A DNA stretch of 64,000 bases from the human T2T-CHM13v2.0 reference genome, Homo sapiens. Position numbers and translations under genes: made by a program. The notes beneath the pieces are model-generated. The model had not been told where the DNA came from, ran no database searches, and was given only the letters and a program-made list of their open reading frames with translations. The stretch lies in assembly GCF_009914755.1 (NCBI RefSeq), contig NC_060935.1; one strand, given 5' to 3'. This document shows, in pieces, positions 14,701 to 27,468 of the stretch (position 1 is its first letter; each line of letters starts with the position of its first letter).

Positions 14701-17127
14701 TAATGATTGTCATCATGTGAAAGCTAGCCTTGTCCAATTATAAGGATCAGATGAGTCTAAATTTTGCAGTTCATTGCTTTCCTGTGGTAAAAGTGTATTC
14801 TGTGGTTTCTGGCCCATTGTTTCATGATTGTTGGTTTCGTACATTCTCAATGTAGCCAGGTTTTCCATAAAAATAGAGAAAATTAAGAACATGGCTATGA
14901 CTCCTACAAGTCTATAGGTTAAGTCTCAGGGTAAATGTTGGTTGTGTCTTTAGAAAAATTCCCATACAGGATGAGTAACTTCTTCCAGGCCTGTGTTATA
15001 TGCTTGGCTCTCTGTCTCCTCTCTATGTCCTAAATGTGACTGATGAGCATGCCCAGGCACCTGGCTGTAACAGGTGATGAGGTTCCATCTATGTGTTACT
15101 CAAACCCTGTAATGTAGCAGTTTATACTTGACTGTAAAATTGCTCAGGTCAACCCATGTAAAGGTCAATCTCATGACACAACCCTGCCATGTCTCACTGT
15201 AGGGAAAAGCCAGTATAATCTCTAGTGTATTTTTTTTGGTGGTATTTTTAAAGCCTTAAATGCTAATCTTAAAAGTGAGGGTGGGGTCAGGAGAGGAGAT
15301 AATTCATTATGCAAATGTGATGTTTTCAAATACCTTGCCCTGTGTCCCTTTCATAAACAGCACCCCATCAGGGCTGGTGTGTAACTCACCATGGGCAATC
15401 CCTGGCATACCTCATGTCTTCAGCAGAGAGAGAGAGGGACCAGAGCGCCTTGCCGAGCCCCGAGCCCGGTAGATATGGTCCCGGTCAGTATGGGTGCATT
15501 GACTTCCTTCTGGGAAATCCAAGTCTCACTCATGCCTTGCTTGCTGGGACAGCAGCTCCCATAAAGTTATAATACTTATTTGTACTCAGCTCCCTTGAGA
15601 GAGTTTGGAGAACACATTTCATCTTCTGTGTGACCTGAATTTTAATAGTAGAAAAAAACTGGGAGAGGATGCTGAGAGCAGTTTGTATGAATACTCTGAG
15701 TACAGTCACTAACCCTGAAGGTAGATGCCCAATATATTATCAAAATTTATAAAAGGAAGAAAGAAAAAGATAAAAACCTCGTAGGGTTCCAGGCACCCAT
15801 CAAAAAGACCACTCCCAGTGTTGGGGAATGAACATGAGGTTTGAAGTCAGTGGGACCCCTGTTGAGGGCCCTGCCTGATGCTTTGCTGGCTCTTTGAACT
15901 TAATCTTCTCATACAGAAAATGTTAATGATGATATATCTACCTCTTGGGTTTGTTATGAGTTAAAATAATTGTTTAAAGCAAGAAATCAATGTCTGGTAC
16001 AAAATAAACCTTCAGCATTAGTTCTCCTCTCTTTCCCTCACCTGTCAAGGTATCTTTCATATAGGAGGTGCTCAATTTATAATGTGTATAAATTACAATT
16101 GAATCACGTGCAGGGCTGACATCTGATTAACCTACCTTACAGTAGAGATAACCAAAACTCAGAGATTTTGGTCGTGTTGCAGCATGGCCAGTTACCTACA
16201 ATGGAATGAGGAAGGCGGGGGGTCATAGAGATCTGACCCTTCTGCCAGGCTAGGATTGCACTAGGATTGCTGGCCTGCACGCTAATGGGGAAGATGCAGC
16301 CTGGCCAGCATGGGTGCAGCCGTGATCCTTCTGAGATTCAACAGCAACACAGAAGGATCCAAGACAAAGTAGTAGGATGTTTCCAAGGGCAGATGAGTGC
16401 GGCAGCAGTTGGATGGGATGATGCTCAGATGTCCAGAAAGGCAGGCTTAGGACACCCAGGAGTTGTAGCTCCAGACATTGGGTAAGGGTGCTTGGCAATT
16501 CTCTGGGATGAGGTGCTCAGCAGATTCTTGGACAGGGATTCATCAACAGGGACCAAGGCAGAACTTCAGTTATAAGAACGTGAGTAATGGATTAGAACTG
16601 TCGTTTATTGGAATGAAGCAGTGCCCTGGGATCAGACAGTGATGCTGTTGAGCCCGAGTCAGCCTCAGGTCAAGATGTGTCTTAGAAAATGAGGCAGAAC
16701 TGAGTTACAGCTGAAGGTCAGCTGGTCCCTGTCATGGGGAGGGGATGGAATGGGATACAACAGCTGGAAGCCAGGGATCATTGTCTATCTTGAAAGCAGA
16801 CTCACTACTACTTGGGTAACATTTAGACTCATTTCCAGAGATATCAGCAGACGTTGCTCCAATGTTCTCCAAGTTCTTCAGGGATGACCTAGGTTCTCTG
16901 TACCCTCTCCCTTCTCTCTGTCTTTTATCTCTTCCCAGCTTATTTAAACCACTGTGAGTTGACATTTAGCTAAGAAGCTTTATCAGAATTTTAGTGAGAG
17001 GAAGGAACTGTTTGTAATGGAAAATAATATTCACTATATTATAGTTGCTTTAATTTGGGTTTAGGCATGATGTTTGTTTTGAAATTTCAATCTCAATAAA
17101 AAGATTTTTATGTTTACCAAAAGGGGC

Positions 17128-17158
<31 letters not shown>

Positions 17159-17459
17159 TTTTATTTTATATTTTTTGGAGACAGTCTCCCCGTCGCCCAG
17201 GCTGGAGGGCAGTGGCGCAATCTCGGCTCACTGCAACCTCTGCCTCTCCGGCTCAAGTGATTCTCCCGCCTCAGCCTCCCTCCAGGGTAGCTGGGATTAC
17301 AGGTGTGCACCACCATGCCTGGCTAATTTTTGTATTTTTGTAAAGACAGGGTTTTGCCATGTTGGATAGGCTGGTTTCAAACTCCTGGCCTCAAGTGATC
17401 CGCCTGCCTCACCCTCCCTAAGTGCTGGGATTACATGTGTGTGAGCCACAGCACCTGGC
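17128..17459 (-). mobile_element. Alu (S/J) with (ATTT)n tail
   Basis: Antisense Alu dimer. Confidence 0.92.
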
Positions 17460-17633
17460 GGGACATACATTTAAAATGGTCATGAAGCACCATTTAAGGC
17501 TCTGTCTTCTAAGGAACCTTCCCTGTTTCTGTCAATGAGTTCCCTTCATGGACTTACTGCTGCTCTTTTACCACAGGTTCTAGCTCCGCATTCTTCTTTC
17601 TTCCTCTCTGTATGTGGTACTTCCCAGCTAGAT

Positions 17634-17867
17634 CAGTAGTTCTCCATGGGGGTGACTTTGCTCCCACCAGCCTCTCCTCCGGGGAACACTAAGCAATGTC
17701 TGGAGATATTTTTGGTTGTCACAACTGTGGGAGTGGGGGATTGCTACTGGCATTTAGTGGGTAGGGGCCAGGGATGCTATTAGACATTCTACAGTGTGCA
17801 GAACAGCCCCCCACAACAAGGGATTATCCTGTCCAAAGATCAATAGTGCCTCTGTTGAGAAACTCTG
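17634..17867 (+). mobile_element. MER20 (hAT-Charlie), full length
   Basis: Termini cagtagttctc...gagaaactctg, 8-bp TSD agctagat on both sides and MER20 core ttggttgtcacaactg...gctactggcat. Confidence 0.88.
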
Positions 17868-18523
17868 AGCTAGATTGTAAGCATATTATGAGCTGATGTA
17901 TTGTCTTAGGATTCTACTCCCCAGATTCTTGCAAAATAATAATCACCACTAGCGACTAACATTGATCAGATAGATTCTTACCATGTGCCAGGTATTGTTC
18001 CAAACCCTTCCTGCATATTTACTCATTTAATCTTTTTCACGAAGAATTGTTGTTATCCCATTTTACTCAAACTGATCATTATGGGAAAATTGTAACATGA
18101 GAAAACTGAGACATGAGAGAGTTAAGTAACTTGCCCAAGGTCACACATCTGGTAACAGCTGAAGCTACACATTAGTACTAAGAATAATAGTAGTACCAGT
18201 AGAATTTTTATTAAGTCAAGATCTTTGTACATATTGACTCATTTCATCTTTGCCGCCACCCCATGGAATAGATATTCTCTAAATCTATTTCAGATATGCA
18301 GAAACTAGGACACAGTAGAACTTTGCTTGTATTTATTAATTTGTGTATTTCTTAGATTAATGTCTGTTTTCCCCACTGCACTGTAATCCAAAGAATGCAA
18401 GGACCTTGCTGATCTGGTGGATCTTGTGTTAACCCCACTATTGAGCTCTGGGTCTGCCAATACTACATATGCTAAGTGATTAAGGGAAAAGAGAATGAAG
18501 CCTCAGGGTGTTGGATGCCCATG

Positions 18524-19067
18524 TGTATTAGTCAGGGTTCTCTAGAGGGACAGAACTAATAGGATATAAGCATACATGAAAGGGAGTTTATTAAGGAGAA
18601 TTGACTCACACTCTCACAAGGTAAAGTCTCACAATAGGCTGTCTGCAAGTTGAGGAGCAAGGAAGCCAGTGGTGGGTCAGTCTGAGACCCACGGCATTCA
18701 GTCTGTGGCCAAAGGCCTGAGAGCCCCTGGCAAACCACTCGTGGAAGTCCAAGAGTCCAAAAACTGAAGAACTGGAGTCTGATGTTTGAGGGCAGGAAGC
18801 ATCCAGCACAGGAGAAAGATGAAGGCCGGAAGACTCAGCAAGTCTGCTCTTCCATCTTCTCCTACCTGCTTTATTCTAGCTGTGCTGGCAGCTCATTTAG
18901 ATGGTGCCCACCCAGACTGAGGGCAGGTCTGCCTCTCCTAGTCCACTAACTCAAAATGTTAATCTCCTCTGGCAACACCCTCACAGACACACCCAGAAAC
19001 AATATGTTACCAGCTATCTAGGCATCCTTCAGTCCAATCAAGTTGACACTCTATGTTAACCATCACA
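18524..19067 (-). mobile_element. ERVL solo LTR (MLT2A/B-like)
   Basis: Begins tgtattagtcagggttctctagagggacagaactaatagga and ends ttaaccatcaca. Confidence 0.85.
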
Positions 19068-20348
19068 CCCTGGAAGGACCAGTTGAGGCCTAGCTGTGGC
19101 TTGGTCAGTGTGCTGTGTTTTTCTTGCCCTGATGCTTTCCTGTGGCTCTTTCTTTCCACTAGACCTCAAAACTGCCCCATGAGAGGATCTGGTCCTTATC
19201 ACTATACAGGGTCCCCAAACTAGTGGAAGTTTATTGAGAGTTCTCTGGTTTCTCCTGGGGCTTGTCAAAACAAGGAGAGCATCTCATCTCTAGCAGCTAA
19301 AAGCTCATGAGTATGTTAAACCCCAGATTTTCAGGCACCTTCGAAAGCCTTATGACTTGCTCTCAGAGGAGGGAAGGGTTTTCCTGCTGCTGGATACTCA
19401 CGTCCCTACCTAATGAAATTTGATGACACATGAGGCTAGGTAGAGATGCTTTTTTTTTTTTCTGTCTGATATCTGGATATTTTCAGAACCTAGATAATTT
19501 TATCCTATTTATATCAAACATGCAGGTAACTCTAGACTTTTATATCTGTATTATTTCTGGGGAGGTATAATATGATTATGAATGACAGTAATTGACATTA
19601 CATGCTTTAATTAAATTTCCTTTGCCATGAATCAAAACCTTTTAGTTCAGTCCTACAGTGCTATTTCTAGATTTCTCTTTTACATACTCTAATGCATTAG
19701 GCAGTAGGTATGATAAATTCATTTACAAAGTCTGCATCCTATAGATTAAATGAGATAATGTGTGCAAGAGGCTCAGCCTAACAGTTACATAATAGTTATT
19801 AATCCAAGAATGTTAGCTAAATTTGCATACTCTGTACCTTTTAGCCATTGGCTCCTTGAAGAATATCGCGCTTCTTAGCTGATCATCATAAAGCCGATGG
19901 TTATGGAAAGAGCCCCTTTCTCAAATGATCATGGGTAGCATAGTAATTACATCTCGGGATTCCTCCTTCTAGGGCTTTTAGGGGATCTGTGGAGACTTAG
20001 AGTTTTGTCCTTTTCCAAAAGGGTGAAGTACCCCAGATAGTCTCCTGCCACCACCACCCTGCAGGGCTACTCCAGCAGGGTGCAGATGAACTGGTCCCGG
20101 CACCTGAGCAATCCATTTAGCCCAGGGCCAGTGCTGCTCATCTCCCTGCCTTATATGCAAGCGGAAACAGGTATACGGTTCCAGGGCCTGCCTCCAGGCA
20201 GGGCTTAGCATTAAGCCAACCAAGCAGCAAACCCAAAGGGCCAGAATGACAGTTATTCAAAAATGAGAAAGTTTTCTTCTTTTCCTTAATGCATGCCTAA
20301 GATTACACACTTGTGCTTAGAAAAGTGGATGTAAATGCCCTCCTCTCC

Positions 20349-20452
20349 TGTGGGGAGAGCCTGTCCTATCATAAGAGACAACCTAAACTAGTAGTTAGAT
20401 CTTCGTGATCTAGTTTAAGTTATCTCACCTGATAGGACAGGCTCTCCCCACA
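20349..20452. repeat. 104-nt inverted repeat (hairpin/cruciform)
   Basis: TGTGGGGAGAGCCTGTCCTATCA (20349-20371) is the exact reverse complement of 20430-20452. The inner arms pair further (about 15 of 20). Confidence 0.95.
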
Positions 20453-20569
20453 ACAACTGAGAAAAAGCTTTGAGAGCACAGCATAGCCACTCTGTGTCCA
20501 GTGTGGCCTTGGGGTCACCCAGCTATACCCACAATTTACCTCTGCCTTTGTCGGATCCCCATGACCTTG

Positions 20570-21005
20570 AGTCTGTGAGTCAGCTAAGAAATTTCAGATC
20601 CCCCAGGTGAGACTCTTTTCTCAGTAGCCCCCAGCATTTGAGTACCCAGCCCAGCCTTCACCCCTACCCTGCTCTACAGGTAACTTATACCCCGAATGAG
20701 CAGAAACAAGCAGGCACTTCAGATTTCAGGTTGCCAAGAGGCGAGAGGCAGAATCCCGCTTGCTTTGCAGCAGGTCTGTGAGTCTCCAGTGGCATCGTAT
20801 TAAATTATATAGGCAGCCACTTGTTTGCAACTGACGCACTGAGCTGAGAGTTGTGCCGAGCAGGAGGCATTCTCTTCGGGAAGCATTTGAGAAGATCCTA
20901 TAGCTTCACAGACCTCCAGTTGGTCTGAAAGCAGAAGGGTAGAAACCACAGGGAGGGGGTCAGCTCTGGGCAGAAGATGCCATGATTGCCATGAAATCCT
21001 AGACC
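20570..21005 (+). promoter_or_regulatory. Candidate internal promoter and 5'UTR for the alternative first exon
   Basis: Unique sequence with AP-1 TGAGTCA at 20576-20582, TATA-like TATATAG at 20806-20812 and short uORFs at 20977-21002. Confidence 0.4.
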
Positions 21006-21033
21006 ATGGGCTGCGGGGCACTTTGCCCTCAAG
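21006..21033 (+). CDS. PARVA: Candidate coding part of an alternative first exon of PARVA (MGCGALCPQ + G, phase 1)
   Basis: agaccATGG is an optimal Kozak context with an in-frame stop 3 nt upstream. The donor AAG|gtaggt at 21033/21034 has the phase that matches exon 2 (G|TG = Val). Confidence 0.6.
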
Positions 21034-22589
21034 GTAGGTCAGAGCCTGGACAAAGTTGAACGTGCTGTGGTGGGAGCGATTCTTTGTTGGGGGGGCGCCC
21101 TGGCCACCTCCCAGCTCGTCTCTGGGGTTTGAGTTGAGATGGTGAGTGCTCCTCCTCTTGCATTTGAAGGGTTTTTATATCATCCTGACCTGCCTTATTG
21201 TGGCTCTGTTGTTAGAGGTAGCTATGGGGGGTAGGTGGGGGTGTCTGATATTTAGAGATAGGAGGGAAGGGGTGAAGATGAACAAAGAAATGAAGGAGTA
21301 AAGGACTTGCGGAAGAAAAGCTCTACCTAAGTTTACTGCTTGCTGTTCTGTGCTCCTACATAATGGTAGGATTCTGAAACAATACAAAGAAGCTTTGGGC
21401 CTTTGTGAGCTGTGAGCCTGCTACTTGCTTTTCCTAAGACCTGACAGTGAGCTCCACTCCATAGCTGGAGTAGAGAGGGTGTTGTCATTCTGATTAGTGA
21501 CGGTAATAGGAAAAGTACAAGTATCTTACTGTAAGAGCTCCTAATCAGTGAAGGCTAATAGGCCTTTCCAATTCTCCCACATAGTTTGGAATAAATAGAT
21601 TAAAACAGAAACTGAGGTGGGTTTTATTGATGTGCACATAAGTTTTTGGCAAGATTTTCCATTCGGCTTCCACCCATAGGTTAAACATGGTTTTGAAAAT
21701 TCATATGTTTGGGTTGATGGCTGAGCTGAAACGCCTCCCTGTAGATTTTGACAGGTTAAAGGTTACATTGGTTTGGGCTCATTGATTGGGTTCTGAAAAC
21801 ACACATAACTAATAAAGGAATAAAAAGGGTGGCTCTAAGCAACCTTCAGCCACAGTGGAGCCCAAGGGATGGCCATGGTGAGCGAGCCCTCTTGGTTCCC
21901 CTGAAGACGTATTGTGGGGGACACAGCATCTCCCTGGGGTCCTTTGTGCTGTCATCACAGATTAGCAGCCCCTTCCTAACGGATGAATGTATAAACCACA
22001 AATCCACTCCTTTGCCCCTTCCAGGAAGGCATTTGTATTGAAGGTCACAGCCAGAGAAGACAGTAACTTGGGGGGAAAACAGGAGACTTTGAGGGATCCA
22101 GAGGTCACAAGCAACCCCTGGAGGCTCCTCAGCAGAGCTGGTGTTTGCCCTTGGATCCAGGAAGTGGGCGGAGCAGATATGAAGGGAAGAAGGTGGTGAG
22201 AGGACCCTGGGCTGCTACTCATAGAAAAGAGCCCTTTCACTGTTTCACCTACATTTCAGTGGAGACCAGTGAAGATGGATATTTTCTCCAATATTGACTA
22301 AATAGTATAATTTTTTTCTTTACACAAATTGCCACTTAATGTAATTTGTTGACTTTCCTTAGGGGCTTTGATAGACTTTCATTATGGATTTTGACAGTAA
22401 AGTCATTATATATTAAATATAGTAATCTGTGCTTGCTACATTAGTTGAATATTTTTTTCAGATGGACATTATTCTGAGTCTGAAAAGCTTCTTGCTTTGA
22501 TCTGCCTCCTTATGTTACAAAACAAGCCTGTGTGTCACTTCTGCTTTACCCCCGCAATCCAGTTCTAAAGTATCATTTAAAAAAAAAAA

Positions 22590-23740
22590 AAAGAAGAAGA
22601 ACTTCTGACTGTGGAAAACTTCTAACAATTACAAAGGTAGATAGTGTAATACACTACCAATGCACCCAGCAGCCAACAATGATCAATCCATGGCCAATCT
22701 TGGCTTCATTCACACTTCCCATCTGACCCTCTGCCCCTGCTGGAAGATTATTTTATTATTTTGAAGTGGTTACCAGATATATCATTTTAGCATATATATT
22801 TATAGCTCTTAAAAATAAGGATCCTTTTTAAAAAACACAACTATATTCATGTAAAAAAATTAATAATTCCTTAACATGTTCAGCTATTCAGTCTCATAGT
22901 TTTGATTGTTTCATCAGGCATGAGTCACATGCCCAACTTATTATTTATTGTTTTTCTGGTTTGTTAGAATCAAGATTGAAATAAGGCCCATGCACTGCAG
23001 CTGGTGGACATCCTGTCATAAAATATATTTATTAAAGAAACCTGTAGAGTTTTCCACAGTCTAGACTTTGCTACTTGTATCTTGATGGTGTCATGTTCCC
23101 CTGACCCCTGCATTTCCCAAAAACTGATGGGTAGATATAGGACTGATGGTGGTGTGTCTCTTCAGGGAAGATGGGGAAGCATTACTTCTGGTTGTCTCTC
23201 TTTTTGTGATGTTAGGAGCTATTGATGATCATTGCCTAGATAATTAATCCATTAGGGATTTCCAAGTGGTAATACTCTCATTCATTAAACATTTCCTCAT
23301 TAAGTATTTGACCAGCCAGAGATACATTTCGATTTAGAAAAACAGGATAAATGTTAGATTATTTCCCTTTATTTACCAGTTTTCAAAATGAGTGGGTTTC
23401 CTAGCATCCTCCAGAGGTGACTAGCAATGTGTTATATATTGTTTTTCTAGTGTCATTATTAACTCATGGATTTAAATATTTTTGATGTGTTTTGGTCCAT
23501 TGCTGATATCCTTATTGATGCTCAAATTTTTCTGTCCTTGGCCATTGGAAGCCTCTTTGATACAACCCTATCTAGTAGAAATCTATTGCTTACTGGTTTC
23601 TAGTTCCAGGCTCTTCTCATCTATTTTTTGTTCTATATATTTTTAGATCTAAAATCAGCCATTTCTCCAAGGAGCTCTGATTGCTTTTAGTGGGTAATAG
23701 CATTCATATTTATTTAGAGACCACAGTCCAGGTGCTGTGA
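22590..23740 (-). mobile_element. Old L1MC/L1ME 3' remnant
   Basis: The motif aaatcagccatttctccaaggagc is shared with other L1MC-like copies in the window. Confidence 0.55.
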
Positions 23741-26700
23741 GAATTGAGCACCATTTTTTTTCTGCTTCTTGCCACCTCTGAAACTTCATCTCAACACAGT
23801 TTCCACTATCAGCACCACCACCCATTACAGCCCCCAGGCCATCACCATACCATCTTCATCTTTCCTCAAGTGTCCAGCTTCCAGACTCCATTAACACCTG
23901 TAAAATATTCCTTCTCCAGTCTGCCTGGGTACTTTCACCATGCCACCTGTTCCAAAATGTCCTTCAATGTCATGAAGCATTGTGTGGGGCTTTTCTAGTC
24001 CCTTTTTCACCTTGCTGTCTCTTTGCATCTGTTTGAAACCCAAGACAAGGAGATAGATGATAATTTCTTAAAGTCTCCTCCAGTTTTGTTTTTGAGCTCT
24101 GCTGGCTTGCCAAGTCATTCTTATTCCACTAGGTCATCACTGGGCAGTCCTTCCCTCCCTCCCAGTATGTATGCGTTGTTGGCATGTACTGAGAAAAGGC
24201 AGGGAAAGGGTAAACCAAGAGTTAGAGGATGCTTACGAAGGCATGCACTACTGTGCTGGGCATTTCGTATGTGCCATGTCATCTACGCTTCATTATAAAC
24301 CTGTGAGCTAAGTATCATGATTCCCACTTTAGAGGGGGAACAAGTTAAGTAATAGTCAGAGCTGGGATTAATCCAAGATCTACCTTTCTACAGAGCCCAG
24401 GCTAATTCAAACTGTATCATCAGGGTAGTGTACATCCTATGAAGACTTCTGCTTGAATGGATCCATTAGGGAACCTGTTCCCAGCCATCCTACAGACTTG
24501 CAAAACTCTGCTTGTATCTTGTGGCTCCCCATTGCTTTCAGGATTAAACTCATACTTGGTATGTTCTGGCTTGTATGGCCCTGACTTAACTCTCTAAGGG
24601 CACTCCACAGTTCCATTACCCTCCAGCAAACCTTCCCAAAAATGTTCCCTGTTCTCATGTCTCCAGCCCTTTTGTATGTCTTGTTCCCTCTTCACCTGGT
24701 GAACTCCTAATCCCCTTTAAGAAGCAACTGAAGCATGTCCTCCCTCTTGAGGCCCTCCCTGATTTCCACTTTCAGATGACTTAAGTGATATCCCCAGGCT
24801 CCCATAGAGTACTATGCTGTACTCTGGGGCTGGTTCTTACTCATCCCTTTTACCCCAGGACACAGCACAGGGCCTGACCTGGGAACATTGGTCAGCAATG
24901 CTGTCAAATGCACATTTAAATGAATGAGTCTGTACCAGCTACCCCACACTTGCTCACATGGGTAAAATGTTATCTTCTTTGAAATGGTTTTTATAGTTTC
25001 TTATGGCCTTTGCCACTCTATGCTTATATTGTGCGTGTTTATTTTTGTGTACAAGCTAAATTATGCCTAGAAGATGCAACTGGAATGAGGCTCTCATCAC
25101 ATTGCCTTGCCCACAGTCAAGACTGAATAATTATCCATTGAATCGAATCAAATGGAAGGTTGTACAAAAGGAAGCTATAGTGGAAGTGTCAGGCATGCAA
25201 TCAGCAGAACGTCAGACAGGCAGTTAAAGCATCTTCGATTTACTACAATTTCTTTTAATAGGTTCTCTGTACAGATTTGCTGTCAACATGAATTGTTGGT
25301 TTAGGAAAAAAAAATCAGGGTGCTGCAATGGGTCTGTGCTGCACAGTGACTGGCAATGTTTTGCTGTTTCCAATGCAGTAGTCCATGGATTTCCAGTTGC
25401 TGACAGGGCTTAGTCATTCATGCTAAAGAGGCCTAAGTTATAAGCAAAAATGCTTCACAGTCAGTGTCCTGAACCCCTCCTCTCAGAACCAGCACTTGCT
25501 CACCCTCTCTGCTTCCTCCATTGCTGCCTCAGTTCCTCAGCCTTCCCCATTCCAGCTTCTTTTCTTAAAGCCCAGACCCTCTGATGATTAACGTCCTGGC
25601 TCTGGTGTAGAAGGGAGAGCTGTGTATTTGGGCTGGAAGGGGAAGACTGCTCAGGGCCAGCATCAACAGACCACTCATCCATTCAGTAAATATGTATTTA
25701 GCATGTGTTGTGTGTCAGGTCCTGGCAGGACAGTGGTGCACAAAGCCTCAGTCCTCTTGGACCACTCAAAATAGTGGGGGGAGACAGGTTGTCCTTCAGA
25801 TATGCACACAGATGCACAATTGCAAACTGTGGTGAGTGAGATAGAAGAGTAGAGATCTGTCCACAAAAGGGTCTGGCACTGCCTTTGCCATGAAGCCCTC
25901 CCTGGTCCCCCCTGGCAGTGTGAGGCTCACCTAGGGGTGCTCCTTCACCACTGGAGCTAGACCAGAGTCGGCCCTCAGCCCACTGAGACTGGGGTCATGT
26001 GTGACTGTGAGCTCCTGGGGCCAGGGTTCATTCTTTCCTAGAATAGTGTGTGGCATACAGTAGGTACTCAATCATTCTGTAAGACTGGGAGGAAAGGAAT
26101 GAGTACATTTTCCAAGTCCCCATTCCATCAGATGAAGGGGTCACTGGCTTTCCCCAGTGCTGTGATCACGATTGTATTAACATGACGCACAAGCTCCAAA
26201 ACTTCAGCCCCGTTCCCAGGAAGGTGTCTCTTCCCAGAAGAGTCGTAAAGCATGAAATAATGAATGGACAGTCCTCGGCGCAGGGCCTGGCCCCAGGAGT
26301 TTTCTCAGGACAGTGTCATACCCTACTGAGAGTGAGCTGCCCAGCCAGCATGGCCTGCATTTTCTCAGACCAGACCTGAGCCAGGCTAGGGACAGGACTG
26401 ACATCCTGATCATCTCAGCAGCATGGGCTTGCCATAGAGTTGGGACTGAGGAAATGCTGTTTTTGCATGGCATTGGCCTAGTGTCATATATGAGGAACAG
26501 GATTCTGCAACCTGCTCATTCTTGGTTGCTTCTTCCTTGGAGGAAAAGAGCATGTTCTGTTCCCGGATTTGCTCCTAAAAATATACTCTCTTAACTCCCC
26601 ACCAGTTTCCTGTGATTTCTCTCCTGGGGAAAGGGGAGAAAGACTCTGGCCCCCAGTTCTCTGGGTGGGCACAGCAGATGCTTGTGCACCCCACATCCTA

Positions 26701-27161
26701 CCCCCTCTGTGGCAGCCCAGGGTGGCAGCTTCTCACACCTCCCCTTTTCTGTCTCAAGGCTTTGGCTTCTGAAGCCCCCTCAGCCTGCACTCTGCACAGC
26801 CTGGAAGTGTGGAGAGAGAGAACTCCCTGGGGGTAACCTCAACTAGTGGGAAAGTCGCCTTGAGACACTTTCTGCAGTTTCTCAGAGAGCCCCAGTAGGG
26901 ATTAAGCCCCAGTTACCCCCACATGACCAGCTCAGAAACTCACCTTTATTGTCTCTTCTTGGGTCTGTCATACTTTCTTTGTTCTTCTTTCCTTTCCTGG
27001 GATTTCTTTCCTGCTTTCAAGCAACTCCAAACTAAGACATTGGAGAAAGGAGACAACTCACTGTTAGGATCATCCTGTTAGGGATCTTTTCAGGGAAGTC
27101 CCTGAAGTTTTCCGGATGTTGGCTTCCTTACCCATGAAAGAGAAAGGATATAGCCTGTGCC

Positions 27162-27468
27162 AGCTGGGCATGGTGGCTTGAGCCTGTAATCCCAGCATTT
27201 TTGGGCCCAGGGGTTCGAGACCAGCCTGGGCAACATGGTGAAACCCTGTCTCCACAACAAAAAATACAAAAATTAGCTGGGCATGGTGGAATATGCCTAT
27301 AGTCCCAGCTACTCAGGAGGTTAAGGTGGGAAGATCACTTAAGCCCAGGAGGTCAAGGCTGCAGTGAGCTGTGATCATATTACTGCACGCCAGCTTGGGT
27401 AACAGAGAGAGACCCTGTCTCAAAAAAAAAAGAAAAAGAGAAGAAAGAAAAAAGAAGAAGAAAGAAAA
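27162..27468 (+). mobile_element. AluJ with a left-arm deletion
   Basis: Diverged Alu with an A-rich tail and degenerate TSD atagc(c/g)tgtgcc. Confidence 0.88.

Noticed and set aside
15309-15316. Octamer ATGCAAAT
   Set aside because: An isolated 8-mer with no adjacent SOX half-site; a few copies are expected by chance.
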